NCBI GenBank assembly: GCA_051362555.1
Contig: CM120642.1
Coordinates: forward strand, 25,048,001 to 25,112,000
DNA: 64,000 nucleotides
Origin: Lingula anatina
Taxonomy: Eukaryota; Animalia; Brachiopoda
Reading direction: 5' to 3'
This document shows positions 26,531 to 53,500 of this stretch, one piece after another. Each line of letters begins with the position of its first letter. Positions within the stretch are counted from its first letter, which is position 1. Below the pieces are notes generated by a model. That model was given only the letters and a program-made list of their open reading frames with translations. It made no database searches and was not told the origin of the DNA. Made by a program: the position numbers and the translations under genes.

Positions 26531-29500
26531 AATAGAAAATAATGATAATAAGATTGATTAATAAAAATCTTGTTGTAGAGCATATTGATGGAAAAACTGT
26601 GTGTCTGTAATTCTATTCCATAGAGCTAAAAGAGACAGTATTATATTTATGCCACTATTGAAAAAAGGACTAAGAAACAGTTCAAATGCATTACATTCAC
26701 CACAAAAGCAATTATCCTTATAATGCAAACCAAATGCTTGAAGTACCATAACTGCTGACCTTGTAGGGCAAAGGGGTCAAGATAAACTTAAAAAGAAAAT
26801 GGAAATGTCAGGGTTGATTTCTGCAGTATCATAATAGAGTCATTTAGAAGGGGTCCATTTAAATAGTAGAGCTGCAAGTGGCAGAAGGAATATAAGGTTT
26901 TGAGATGAGAGAAGATATGAAGAAATCTATTTGAAAAAGGAGATGAAAGAGAAAGCTATTGACTGGATTGATGAAAAGTAAAATGGCGTTTCTAATTGTA
27001 ATGTTTGATTGATTGATTTATATTTTTTAAACATTTTTGCTTACAGTGAGATACAGTAGGATTAATAAAAAAACAACAAGGGAAGCATGGCTTTGTCAAC
27101 TTGAAAATAGGTATCTTTTTTGACGAGTACTCAAAGGGTAGTTGATTTAGAGTGCAAGTCAGGACTGCTATAAAACATACATGCTGCTGAAGTTTGGCAT
27201 CATCTCTCTTTTAATTTGGTGTTAGCTGAGGAATGAAAGTAAAAGTGCAGAGGAGAAATTTTGTTCCTATTTTCTGTGAAGAGTCTTTCTCTGAATCTTA
27301 TCAATAATTTAAAGCAGGATTTTAGTAATCTAATCACTGGTATGCCTTGGCCTTGTTTCAAGAATTGTTATTTCATTTTGACTTCTGTCAGTTTATATGA
27401 TATTGTCAATATGCAATATATACAAGTTTAAAGAACTAACCACGTATACTCCTTGATTTAGTATCTTATTTTTTTTTCTTACAGATATGTCTGAATGAAA
27501 AATTTAAACAGTTGAAAATATTGTAATTATTTAGGCAAAAAGGAATGACATATTGTGGCTCTCTCATTATAAGTTCCGTTCTGTTTTCTTTTAAGACGTG
27601 TTCAGAGAAGGCCATTTTTAACTCGAAAGTGACCTCACTTGTGTCACCAGACAACCATTAATTTCTAAGAAAAACAAAGGGGTTTCAGTATCATCAGACA
27701 GGGTGATGTCTACAGCATATAAAACTGTCCCAGTCACAAGGTTCGCACTTCACCACCCAAGGTATTTTGTAGAACTAAAAGTTGAAAGTTGTATTGTTCA
27801 CTTGGAATGCATTAAGTAAGGAATTTTGGCAGTTTGTACCGCCTTAGCCATAACTTGGCACAGCTGGTTAGGCTGGGCCTGTCATATATATTTTATATTC
27901 ACTATTTGACATGTTATGTCAACCCTGCCCCTGCTGGGAGGTGGTCACTAAAGCAAATTTTTTGTTGTAGTCTTGTATATTTTTTCACAGTTGATCGCTG
28001 AATAACTGTCAAAATATGGTAAAGAAATTTTTTCAGTTTCTTATGCCAAGTTAAGCATTTGGTGGGGATTTGAATGTGAAGCGAACACCTTGTGCAAGTC
28101 ATTGCATGTTAATGATTTTGTCTTGTCTGTGTGTTCTTATTCCCCAAACCACGAGCAGTAATCAATTTACTTCTACTTTATAAATAGATGAAAAGACCAG
28201 AGGGTCATGCAGTGTTTTCTCTTTCTAGGAAAAATACCTTTAGGTACACTGTACACGTTTGAAAATTTCCCAAAGTCATTTATTTTGTGTGGGTGCTTTC
28301 AGAACAAATTGATTCAGGCACTAACAGATCCATGTATTAATTAAGCTCCACTTTGATCCGAGATTTAATTGCTGTACCTTGCAAAGACGGCATGTGTGGG
28401 AGGCAGAGAGTCCATAAGGGGATTAGTGGCATTGGTTTTAAGTGGGCCGGCCTTTTTTGATCCGCAGATTTGTTTGTCCGCAGATCAACTTGTGCTGAGT
28501 GCATCCTTTTTCTGTATATTCTGCAAAGCTACTGGTCTTATCCAATGCAGATCTTAAAAAAAAACTATCGTAAAAGTACCTGACGATAGTAGTTCCTTTT
28601 AAAATATAAGGGAAGACATGTCTTTTTGAATGACTTGCCAGTCACTTAGAACTTGTTCATGAAATTAAAAATTTAATAAAACATCAGATCCAAATACATG
28701 GATGGGTTGAGTGTGAGTAGGAGAAAATTGCTGTTTTCCCAAAGAAAATTCAATTTTTTCTGGTAAATCCCGTATAGAATATCTGTTATTTGACAAAAAT
28801 CCAGAAACCTAACCCCCACACCCACCCCAATCCTCCCCAGCTGAAATAGTATCTATCTGAAATCTTAATGATAATATTTGATTGCAGCAAAAATTGTATT
28901 ATCAAGTATGAGTGATGTCAAATTCTACTATCTTGAAAATACATCAAAAAATCATTTGCTCCCCAGGGGCCAATTTGATAATATCAGATGTTAGATATTA
29001 AGCAAATAAATGAAAGGAGATTATGAATTGGAGGAATTTTATCTACATAAAGTTTAATGCTTCTAAATGGCCACAGTTATTTGTCCAGTGTTTGGTTATA
29101 AATGTAAATAATAAGCCAACCCTTAGTGGGCTGAGATTGAAGGCACAGGTTTACAACTATTCATATCCCCATTCTTATATGGCCAGGAATGTAAACACAG
29201 GAGAACAGGTGGCTATATAGAAACACAAGTACTCTTGTCAGCTTCTTTGGTATGTTGGGAAGCTGAGGCATGGATTCTTATCCCTTTTTTAAGGAAATTA
29301 GTATGGATTAATAAGCATTTATAATTTTACTTGTGAGTCTCATTTATTATTGCACTTAAAGGTATACTTTTTATGCTTATTAAGGCAGGAGGTCACTGGA
29401 CATTTGTATGATAGTGGTTTTGCCTCCTTGAGGTTCAGAATCAACTGGAAACTCCCCTTCTGGAGTATGTGTCTGGCTTTTGTCCAACCCTGTAACACCA

Positions 29501-30202
29501 AGGGTGAGCATGTATATATGTCTGTCAGAGGAATGTCACCTTCATTTGTTGATACTCGGGGTGAATTTTTGGTAGTGTAATGGTGACATACAGTGGGTGG
29601 AATTTCAAATGTTCTGCTGTAGATTTGATTCAGGGCATTGGATTTAAAGTTGGCAGAGCAAGTGTGAGTTAACTGTATACAGTATGTATGCTTCAGGCAG
29701 AGTTCAATGCATGTGGTAAAGCAGGTGAATTTCAACTAATTTGCAATTTAGCATCTATTGATCAGCAGCAGAGTAGCTTTGCCAGCTCAATTTTGAACAC
29801 CCTGAGCTTCAAAGATACTAAAAGCTAAACTTTTTCATAAAAGGCTTTTAACTTTTTAATTGCCCATAATTTTATATACAGGTCAAAATGTAAAGAGTGA
29901 TACCAGATTAGTTTCTGTTCCTGAATGTGGAGTCTGTGTTAACTTTTAACCCTTTCTTTGTCTTCAGTGATATGTATGTTAATTAAAGATAATCTCACAA
30001 ATTTTGCCCGCTCTTAAATTGATAAGTCTTATCATATCAGTATAATTGTTAGGTGAGGCTAACAGACTTGGCATCTGAAGAACAGAGGAATGATAGTGAT
30101 GAGGTTAATTACTCACTCAGACAATAGGACACTTTGTAGGTTTGATAATTAATAAGTTCATTAACTGTCTCACCTGTGTCCTAGTCAGGTGCAGTCTCTT
30201 AG

Positions 30203-30258
30203 TATATAAGCAGAGAATCAAGGAAAAGGCCTTTGCTTCATACTATCTACTGGTAGGT
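30203..30258 (+). promoter_or_regulatory. Candidate TATA box and short non-coding first exon
   Basis: TATATAAG at 30203-30210, donor-like TG|GTAGGT at 30253, and a strong downstream acceptor TTTTTTCCTTGTTGCAG| at 30447. Confidence 0.4.
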
Positions 30259-30474
30259 ACAGACTGAGGGGAGATATTTTTTATGCATGGACCCTTTTTT
30301 GTACTTGGTTAGTTTGACTAAGTTAGTATTTTAATTAAGGAACCTCACGGGATTTGTCCTTTTTTTATACAAATCTTGTGATTTATTACAGAGAGGTCTG
30401 TACAGTAATTGAAAATATGCAATTCATGGCTTTTTTCCTTGTTGCAGGTATCCCAGTGGAGGCAATGCTCCTAA

Positions 30475-30732
30475 ATGAGTCACCTACCCCGAATAGACCC
30501 AGATGTACTTCAGTCCATCCACCTTCGCTACGAGGACACAGCGGCAGCCATATTCCGCCAAAATCAAAAGAAAAAAGGAGAAGCAAAAAGTTACTTGACG
30601 TTTGGAGATTCCGCCAAAACTTTTGCATATGGAAAATTTGGGAACGAGGCTGTCACAGTACGAATGAAAGGAAAAGAGGTGTTAAAAGTCGACGACAGAG
30701 CTATTATGTCAAAAGTTTGCACAATATTATGA
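30475..30732 (+). CDS. Unknown 85-aa protein with C-terminal CaaX prenylation motif (..SKVCTIL*)
   Basis: Complete ORF 27 nt into an exon that starts at a strong acceptor (30448). In-frame stop immediately before the ATG, protein-like composition, higher GC than flanks, and Cys exactly fourth from the end (CTIL). Confidence 0.6.
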   Translation: MSHLPRIDPDVLQSIHLRYEDTAAAIFRQNQKKKGEAKSYLTFGDSAKTFAYGKFGNEAVTVRMKGKEVLKVDDRAIMSKVCTIL

Positions 30733-31050
30733 GGACTTGCTCAGTGGATAGACTTCTGCCTTCCTGAATTCAGACACAATAATTAGTTCTTTGTGGTGTT
30801 GTACTTGCGTTGGTGAAACAAGGAGTTGTGCCTTTATTTTGTTTCAAGCATCTTCAGTGCAGCATTGTTATTGTGTTTTTATGTGTGGACGGGAAGTTGA
30901 TATCCATACATAACATCTTTGTAATCTGAGTTATAGGATAAGATTGACATTTGAACACACCACTTTTTTTGTTCTTTACTAAATAATTGTCTTTCATTCA
31001 TCATCATCATTTTCATTAAACCAGAAGTCATACACACATTAAAAGCAAAT

Positions 31051-33212
31051 ATGGATCTTCAAGTCCATCCAATTCTAGAGAAAAACACCATCCCAAATCC
31101 AGCACTGTGGTATGTTTTTTCATCCACTGGAGAGAGCCCCACTATGAGAGTTGGCCACACCTGTACCTTCGTGCCAGGGCAAGATGGCAACAGTAGAAAA
31201 GTCTTTTGTATTGGAGGAGCCAATCCCAGTGGCCCTTTCAATGAAGTTTATATCCTAGACTTGGAAACATTTCAGTGGGACACTTGTGAAAGCCCAGCAC
31301 TGATTGCACGCTACGAGCATTCCGCCTTTGTGCCACAGAGTCAGCCAGGGAAAATTTACATCTTTGGAGGAGCCACCCAGACAGGTAATTTAAATGACAT
31401 TCAGGTCTTTGATGTCGGTTCGAAGACATGGAGCACTTTAACTCCTAAAGGAACACCTCCTTCCCCAAGAACACATCACGTCAATGTCTGTGTTGGCGAC
31501 AGTTTCATTGTGTACAGTGGAGGACAGAGCGGTGCTGACCCAGTCACTGACCGCCAAGTCCATTGCTACGATGCACTCACTAACACCTGGTCAACATTAA
31601 ACATTAAAGGAGATCCTCCAAAACCTCGTCATGGTCATATTATGGCAGCAGTTGGCAACAAAGTATACCTTCATGGGGGCATGGCAAATCAGACATTCTA
31701 CGATGACCTGCATGTTTTAGATTTAGACAAGAAAACGTGGATGTTGGTGAAAAATAAAAAAGTTTATCCATCCGCCAGGGCTGCTCATGGAGGGGTGGCT
31801 GTAGGCAGTGACATCTGTGTATTTGGGGGGATGAACAAGGAAGGTGCACTGGAGGATATGTATAAGCTAGATACAGGTAATACTAGAATTACTGCTTGAA
31901 GATGAAAATCAGGTCAAGGCAAAAATGATTTAAGTTGTGAATATAGAGTATATCTCTGTATACGGTAAAAGTGGTTGCAGGTTTTATTAAGTACAGTATA
32001 ATTAGTACATGTATATATGTTATTTATATTCTGAAAATTCTTTTTTTTTTAAACCGAGTACTTAATTGTAAGCACTTCTAACACCGAGTACTGTATAGTG
32101 ATAGTGAAAGAGTAATAAATATATATATATATATATAAATTATATATTATTATATATATATAAATCTTTCCTAGTTTCCATGAAATGGACCAAAATAGAA
32201 CTAGACGGACCCCCACCCACCAACCGCTTAGATTTTGGTATGTGCGCCATACAACTGGACCCTCCCCCTGCAGAGGTGCCATCTGGTGGTGGGGATGGTG
32301 TTGCCAGTGGTGGACAGCAGGTCAAAGCAGTACTGGAACAGCAATTGCAAGGACTTAATCTCACTGGGAAGACAGATGGAGCCACAAGCTCTCCAAAGCT
32401 AGGTATGGTAAAAGGTCCCCAGCACAAGATTTTCCTGCAAAAACTCATATTTAATGGAATTTCCTGGGGCAAACTTCTTTTCTCCAACTAGCCAACCTTT
32501 GATGCTCCTTTCCTAACATCATAACTATATAACAATCTGGGAAAATCAAAAAGTCCTTAAAGCTCTCTCCTGTCAAAATACAATAGGGAGCGCTGTGCTT
32601 TGCCTCACCAATTATCTGCTCTATTTTGCGTAAAGCTCGGCGCCCCATACTTTATCTATACCTTAACTCCTCAAATACTTACAGGTTTGCGTCACGGCTT
32701 GTCAGCAGGAAGGCGATAAATGAGATTTTTCTTGGAGACACTCAAATTGGCATTTATCTGTGTAAAAAATGGTCAGAAAATATCACTTGCCCTTGGTTAT
32801 GTTCAAGTAGAAGTGCTTCATGTAGCTTAAGCTAGAATCCAACATGTTGGATTCTAGATAGCTTTAAGAAAAAAAAAATTAATCATACACTTTGCCCCTT
32901 CAAAACACGTTAACTTTTAATTGATCGTTTCTCTCTCTCCCTCTGTTTTGGTTTCTCTTATGATTAACGTTTATTAAATTATTACTATTATTCAGTAATG
33001 TTTGACTACTTTCAGCAGCAGGTCAGCAAGACAAGGACACTGAGAGCAGCAGCACAACTGTAGATGGCAGCTCAGTGGTTGCCAGTGGGGAACCAGGACA
33101 AGACCAAGTGGCAGCTGTGGCAGGGAAAACATTGGACATGTTGTTTTTATTTGGAGGAATGGACACAGAGGGTGAAATATTTGATGACAGTTTGGTGTAT
33201 CTGGTTTCATGA
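31051..33212 (+). CDS. RABEPK: Rab9 effector protein with kelch motifs
   Basis: Exons 31051-31876, 32175-32402, 33016-33212 (phase 1/1). Kelch repeats (RVGHTC..IGGANP..; ARYEHSAF; PSPRTHH; PKPRHGH..LHGGM; SARAAHG) and C-terminal LFGGMDTEGEIFDD typical of RABEPK. Confidence 0.92.
32561..32863. mobile_element. Possible TTAA-flanked MITE with a perfect 26-bp subterminal palindrome
   Basis: TTAA|AGCTCTCT ... AGATAGCT|TTAA, CpG-richer than the host intron; palindrome CTAGAATCCAACATGTTGGATTCTAG at 32832-32857. Confidence 0.4.
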
Positions 33213-36202
33213 CAAGATAGTATGTGATCCTAAGTGAGATTTTTATTTGTCTGCGATGAGTGATGGTCTTCGCTGTTTAGTATGGCAGAATACAGCTGCA
33301 GAGCAGGAGACATTTCAGTTAGAGAAAGCAACTGATTGTAGAAATATTTGACTCATTGTTCTTTACCAAGACTCTGGGTCCTCTTCTCCAAGAAAACCTT
33401 TGGAATACTATGTATCCAGAAAGGACTGGGTTATCCATGAACTCAGTCTCTCTCTCTCATAGTATTGTATAAAGAGCAGCATACTCTGCTAATGTTAGAA
33501 TGGGGTTGTGTGGTATCAAGCTCAAATGTTGTAATTAATTTTTTTAATTACAAGTCAGTTACATTATTTAGACATTCATGTGCATAAATGCCAATCATAC
33601 TCGTGCTCATTTTACATTTTGATTTTTCATTTATCATTGCTGGTTACACAGATTACTTTCTTCATCCACACCATATAAGAGTGATACAGCTCTTTTAAAC
33701 AGCAACGCAAAATAAGAATTTTGAAAGGGCTTCATTTTGTTCAAGTAGTTTTATAGCAAATGTTTGTAGAATGACATTAATTTGCAGTGTTTATTTTGTT
33801 TGTTTTATTAGAACTTTTGGAAGGGCAAGAATAATTTTGCTAAAATATCTGCCCAAGGAAATAAGATTGCACTGGGTAGTTTATGCTCATTATTTGCTGG
33901 TATATCTATATGATAGAATTTAAGTGTTAAAGACATCTGGTTTCTAAATGTGCTGAATAAGAGGGTGAAAGAAAAGTGGTTTAAATGAGTACTAGCTGCT
34001 GAATAGTATTTTTAAGCAATGTGTATTGTTGCATTTAACATCTTTGAATTGGAGAAATTAATAATATTGCTTGTGGCATAAATCGGGAGACAAATAAAAC
34101 ATGAATGAAATTCTTGTCAAATTTTGCTTTAGTCTATCTGATAAAAAAGCATTTAACATAAAGTATAAAACTTAAGACCCCCATAAGTTTGTAGTGATTC
34201 ACTGATTTTATTATGCATTACTTCTTTACTACAACATTGAACAAACTGAATCATGCTATGGCTATCATTTGAATGACCACAACTTGCCATTTAAGGTGTG
34301 AAAAGACCACTTAAAAACCTGAAATTGTTTCAATTACAGCTTTGTATCAGTCTCTCTGTTCAAGATTACCATATTCAGGGTTCTTAGCCCCTGACCACTG
34401 TGAACCGAAAACACAGTGAAAACTGTATCGACCTGCTTACTATCAGCTCTCCACTCTCTTCACATATAACATTCATCATTAAAGTAACATGTCTATATTT
34501 ATTGAACACAGTGGTACTACTCCCATAAAGTAAATTATATTTTAACCTGAGATCATTTTACATTTTCTCTTCTGAAACATTTTCTTCTTCACAACCACCA
34601 ATCTATCCATTAATACCATTTTACAATAAAATGGTGAAGCAAACTAACATTGTAATGCAGTTTCTTCAGCAAACAACATGCACCAGTATAATAGTGTGAT
34701 ACGTACTTGTGAGGTGCATTTACATATTACTTGCAAATTATACCAGTATGATATAACCTTAATATGTTAAACCAGCTCTCCAGCATCGATATGTTTTCCA
34801 TAAACAACCGACATATCTAAATTGATAGCATCATGTATAACATGATTCTCATTCAACTCCCCTCCTACCTTTATATTAGAAAACCAGCTTTCCTACTCAA
34901 TGACATTTACTCTATATTGCAAACATACATTCTAATATGCCAACATTTAAGCCCCAAATTACAAGACTTTGTATTTAGTCTTAGTCAGTAAACATTGTAA
35001 CCTACTGCCTTGACATACCAATTTACTTAAACTAGTTAATCGAACACACCAAATTGTAGACCACAATTCACAAGTCAATGTGAATGTTTATAGCTATACA
35101 CCTAAACTGCATCAGTTGCAAATAGAATCTTTTCATTCAGACAAAAAACTATAAGAGAACATATCTTCACTTTATGAAAAAAATGCTGAATAACAGTAGC
35201 ACCTCAGGCCCACATTAGGGCTCCCTTTTAATACCAAAACCCTCTAAACAGGTAAATACTACAGACAACAGACAAACTTTTAAATTCTGTGACCCAAAAT
35301 TAAAGCATCTTCCATTTTGTTGGCAACTTGCGAGTCTTTCCTTGAGACCATGGCCTAAATAGTGTTCATATATTAATTTTTCACCTCTGTCAAAAAAAAA
35401 AAAAAAACACGCTTTTCATCAAATGCCACAACTAACTGAAGTATACTTCTATTTCTTCGTCAACATTGTGAGGAAAGTCTGGTGAAATACAATAAAAACA
35501 TTTGTACTGAGATGTCTGAAACCAGTTCCCTTGGATAGGAAGTTGTAACTCCCAAGGTTCTGCTAACAACTGTCATAGCCAGCAAATTTGATACTAGGCA
35601 AAACTTTGGCCCTAGCATATATCCCTAGAGACAAGAATTAACTGGTTGGCATCATGTTTGCACTGGAAATACCTGTCTAACTTTAAGTGGTATTATACCT
35701 GGCTGCTGGTAGCACCTTCATTAAGTCTGTTACATGCTCAGATCTCGTATGCTCTGCAGGCACATGGTCCCTCTTTTAATACACTAAGTTAATAGGGTAC
35801 TGGAGAATTGAAGAGATTAAAGAAATCTTGATGGTACACATTTATTTGTCCACCATAGAAATATGGCTTCAACTTATGTCCACAAAAGAAAGTCAATTTG
35901 AGACTGTTCCTGAATTGTGCATGTTCAAAACATCTCAAAGGTTTATTTCTCAGGACTTTCTAGGAATTCAATCTATCATCCAGCAACTTCATCAAGCTTA
36001 GCTGCAAACATCTTAAACTAGAAAGATGCTGACCAGGGTGCTGGCCACTGTGCTGACCTGTCTTTCCACTGTTCAAACATACTGCCTCACATTCCACATG
36101 AGATCAGTCCAAACTGTTCAACGTGCCACCTCTCCCGAGACCACAGTATTCCATCTAGAACTCCCTAAAATGCTCCACTCACTGCTTTTTTTGACCACAA
36201 TT

Positions 36203-50743
<14,541 letters not shown>

Positions 50744-51202
50744 TTTGACCCTCAGATGCACCCCATCAACTTTTCACAACTGAAAATTCCGTTGTCTATT
50801 ATGTCAAAACATAATTTGCGCAATAAGCTCTACAGATAAGTAATTGCTTCCCTTCGTGCACTACGCATACGTCATTTCTGTGGTTTCCTCTTGGAGATTT
50901 TGACTAATTAGGTGACGGGAAACGAAATGTTTACCTCTGTCCAGGTTCACCAATAAGAGCGCATGCGTTTCCTCCCAGAATTCCTGCACACATTCCTTCA
51001 GAAGAAATTTTCTTACACCATAATAAAGATAGCCCCGCTCTTCTAAATATAAACTAGTTTATTTCTCCCATTTCAACTAATAATATTTTTGAACATAATA
51101 TTTATGTGAATGGTTGCTGATAACAAAATACACATATAATTTAATGCAACAAATACGTTAACAGTGTCATTGTTTTAATTTGTTGTAAGCAGCCTTATGA
51201 TA
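50744..51202. promoter_or_regulatory. Bidirectional promoter COP1/XRCC2
   Basis: Start codons ~460 bp apart, head-to-head. CRE-like TACGTCA (50868), CCAAT (50950), NRF1-type GCGCATGCG (50959), ZNF143/SBS-like CTCCCAGAATTCC (50972). Confidence 0.7.
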
Positions 51203-53500
51203 ATGGCGACTCCCAGGTGTGAAAGCGGCGCGCAGGTATAAAATATGTTTTAAGAAACAGAACGTAACAGATAAAGACATTCTTTGACGGGGCTTATTTA
51301 CTTTTTATTATATGGAAAGCTCTATCAACAGTGCACATGTACCTTTAACTGCATTACAAGATTGATTTGTTCATTTCCCCTTCCATACATGTACTGTACA
51401 TACAGTACTGTAGGGTACAGTATGTACCTGTTGTAGCGATTTGGGGGGAGAAAGCACCAAGGCTCGAACGGGATTCGAGCCCGGCACTCTCGCAAACCGT
51501 TCGACCGCTCTTACCGACTGAGCTACCAGTATCAACAATTTATTAAATTTTAAAGCAAATCTCCATCTGAATGTGTTAAAGGTACACTTCACGGGCGTGA
51601 AAATCACCAAAAATGCTTATTTTTGCCATCCAAAAACAAGTCAACAGACTGTTGACAAACTATTTTTGGTTCCAATAAAGTATAAGTTTTGGTAGGAGTT
51701 TCTGAAGATATCTGTTTTTCTTTGCAGAGGGTAGAAGCATTTGCTGTTGTTTGCTGTGTTGTTGTCAACTAGCTGTCAGTGTTTGACGTATACTGTAATC
51801 ATTGCCAATAAATCTAGTAAAGAATTTCTTCATCTGTTTTTCAACAGTCATGGTAAATGCCTGTTTTAATCAGTAGTTCACACAAGTTAATCTCTGCACT
51901 CCGATATTTCAATTTCCATCTTGAAAGCTTTCTTTAGGTATGCTAATAGTTAAGCTGATAGCACACCTCAGAGGTTACAATCACATATTAGTCTAATTTC
52001 GTATGTTAGTGGGAATTTTTTGAAGTACTGGTACAGCTGAAACAAGTTGTGAAGCCCTTCTTCTAAAACATCATAATTTTTTTCTTTAATTTTAAACAAA
52101 TTAGGAAAAAAACAGATTATTATATTGTCTTTCAAACCTTTCTTAATCTGAACAACACTTTCTGAACACATTGCTAAGTGTATATGCCTATGGCAACATG
52201 TCAGTAACTGGCATGAAATGGAAGGTACTCCTGTTTTACTTTAAGTATTTGCACATATTTTGCCTTAAGCAGACATAAAAAAGGAGTGCTCATGCAAGAA
52301 ATTTGTGCAAATCGGCAACCATATTTGACATGAAAATTCATCCTAGACACTGTGTTGATGGTGCTTTGCTTCTAACTCTATGTCAGGGCTAACCCAAAAG
52401 AGCTGTTGTCTTTTGCATCTAGTGGCCCTCCAAATGACAAACTAGTAAGCAAACATTCAATGCAGATCTTAGCTAGATTCCACAGAACAATATGAAACTG
52501 TTTTTGTTTTTTTGTTTTTTTTCAGTTACTTGCCCGCCTGGGTACAAAACCAGATCTTATGTATGTAGAACCTCATCTTCTACCCAGTGGTCCACAAAAG
52601 AGAGATGTGATAGAGTTATATGGTGATGAAGGATGCGGTAAAACAGAAATGCTGCTCCACATTATCTTAAATACCATTCTCCCACGGAACTGGAGAGGAT
52701 TTTCTTTCTATGGTCAAGAAGCTGGGATAATTTTGATAGACACCGACTATCACTTCTCCATTTTGAGACTGTCAACACTGTTAGAAAACAGAGTTGATAG
52801 AGTTGTCTCAGAAGCTACTGGACTCCAGAAAAATGGAGACTTAATACCCCAGAATGGGGGTATAACCAGTAATACAGGGTACAAAGACTTACCAGAACAA
52901 GAAAATCCGAAACTACCAACTCAAACTGACAAGGAAACTTTCATAAAATCATGTCTCAAGCGTTTATTTGTTTTCCGTTGTTCAAGTCCAACACAGCTTA
53001 TTGCCACACTCCATTCTTTAGATGCTCTGCTTTTGAATAGACCAGAAATATGTATTCTGATGTTAGACAGTTTATCTGCATTCTATTGGATAGATCACAG
53101 TAATGGTTGTGACAGTGCAGTAGCAAGGGAGAGTAATCAGAGACAAGTGTGCAAGATTCTGAACAAACTCATAACCTCGTATAATTTAGTAATATTTGCA
53201 ACAAAACCAGCAATCATTCACAAAAGAAATAACCTAGCCTTGGATAAAACAGAGGAGAAAGATTGCACTGGAAATCCAAGTATTCAAACTGGTGATAAAT
53301 CTTCTGACCACTGTGAATATTTATGTAAAGCCTGGCAGAAAATGGTTTCTTCTAGGTGGTCATTTAGCAAGGGACAAGGAAACAAAGTAAAACAATCAGT
53401 AAATGCACAAATGTTTATTTTAAAACTTTTCAACCTGACATCCAGTTTTCTCTGTCAAGAGAAATTCATAGTTTCTGAAAATGGAATTGAATATATTTGA
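51203..53500 (+). CDS. XRCC2: DNA repair protein XRCC2 (RAD51 paralog)
   Basis: Exon 51203-51235 (MATPRCESGAQ; alternative in-frame ATG at 51197) spliced to 52526-53500 (LLARLG..; Walker A GDEGCGKT; IDTDYHFSILRL; LMLDSLSAFYWID; YLCKAWQKMV). Confidence 0.95.
51461..51530 (-). mobile_element. tRNA-derived SINE head / tRNA pseudogene in the XRCC2 intron
   Basis: Minus strand TGGTAGCTCAGTCGGTAAGAGCG...CCGGGCTCGAATCCCG has a Pol III A box and a B-like box; no convincing acceptor or anticodon stem. Confidence 0.6.

Noticed and set aside
28320-28560. Weak inverted-repeat patch (AGATC../..GATCT, repeated TCCGCAGAT)
   Set aside because: Too degenerate to define ends or a TSD.
29023-29735. ORFs of 65-131 aa upstream of the CaaX ORF
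   Set aside because: No motif, no convincing splice context, composition like the surrounding non-coding DNA.
51461-51530. Functional tRNA gene
   Set aside because: A and B boxes are present but the acceptor and anticodon stems do not pair, and the T-loop reads GCTCGA; a SINE head or pseudogene is more likely.
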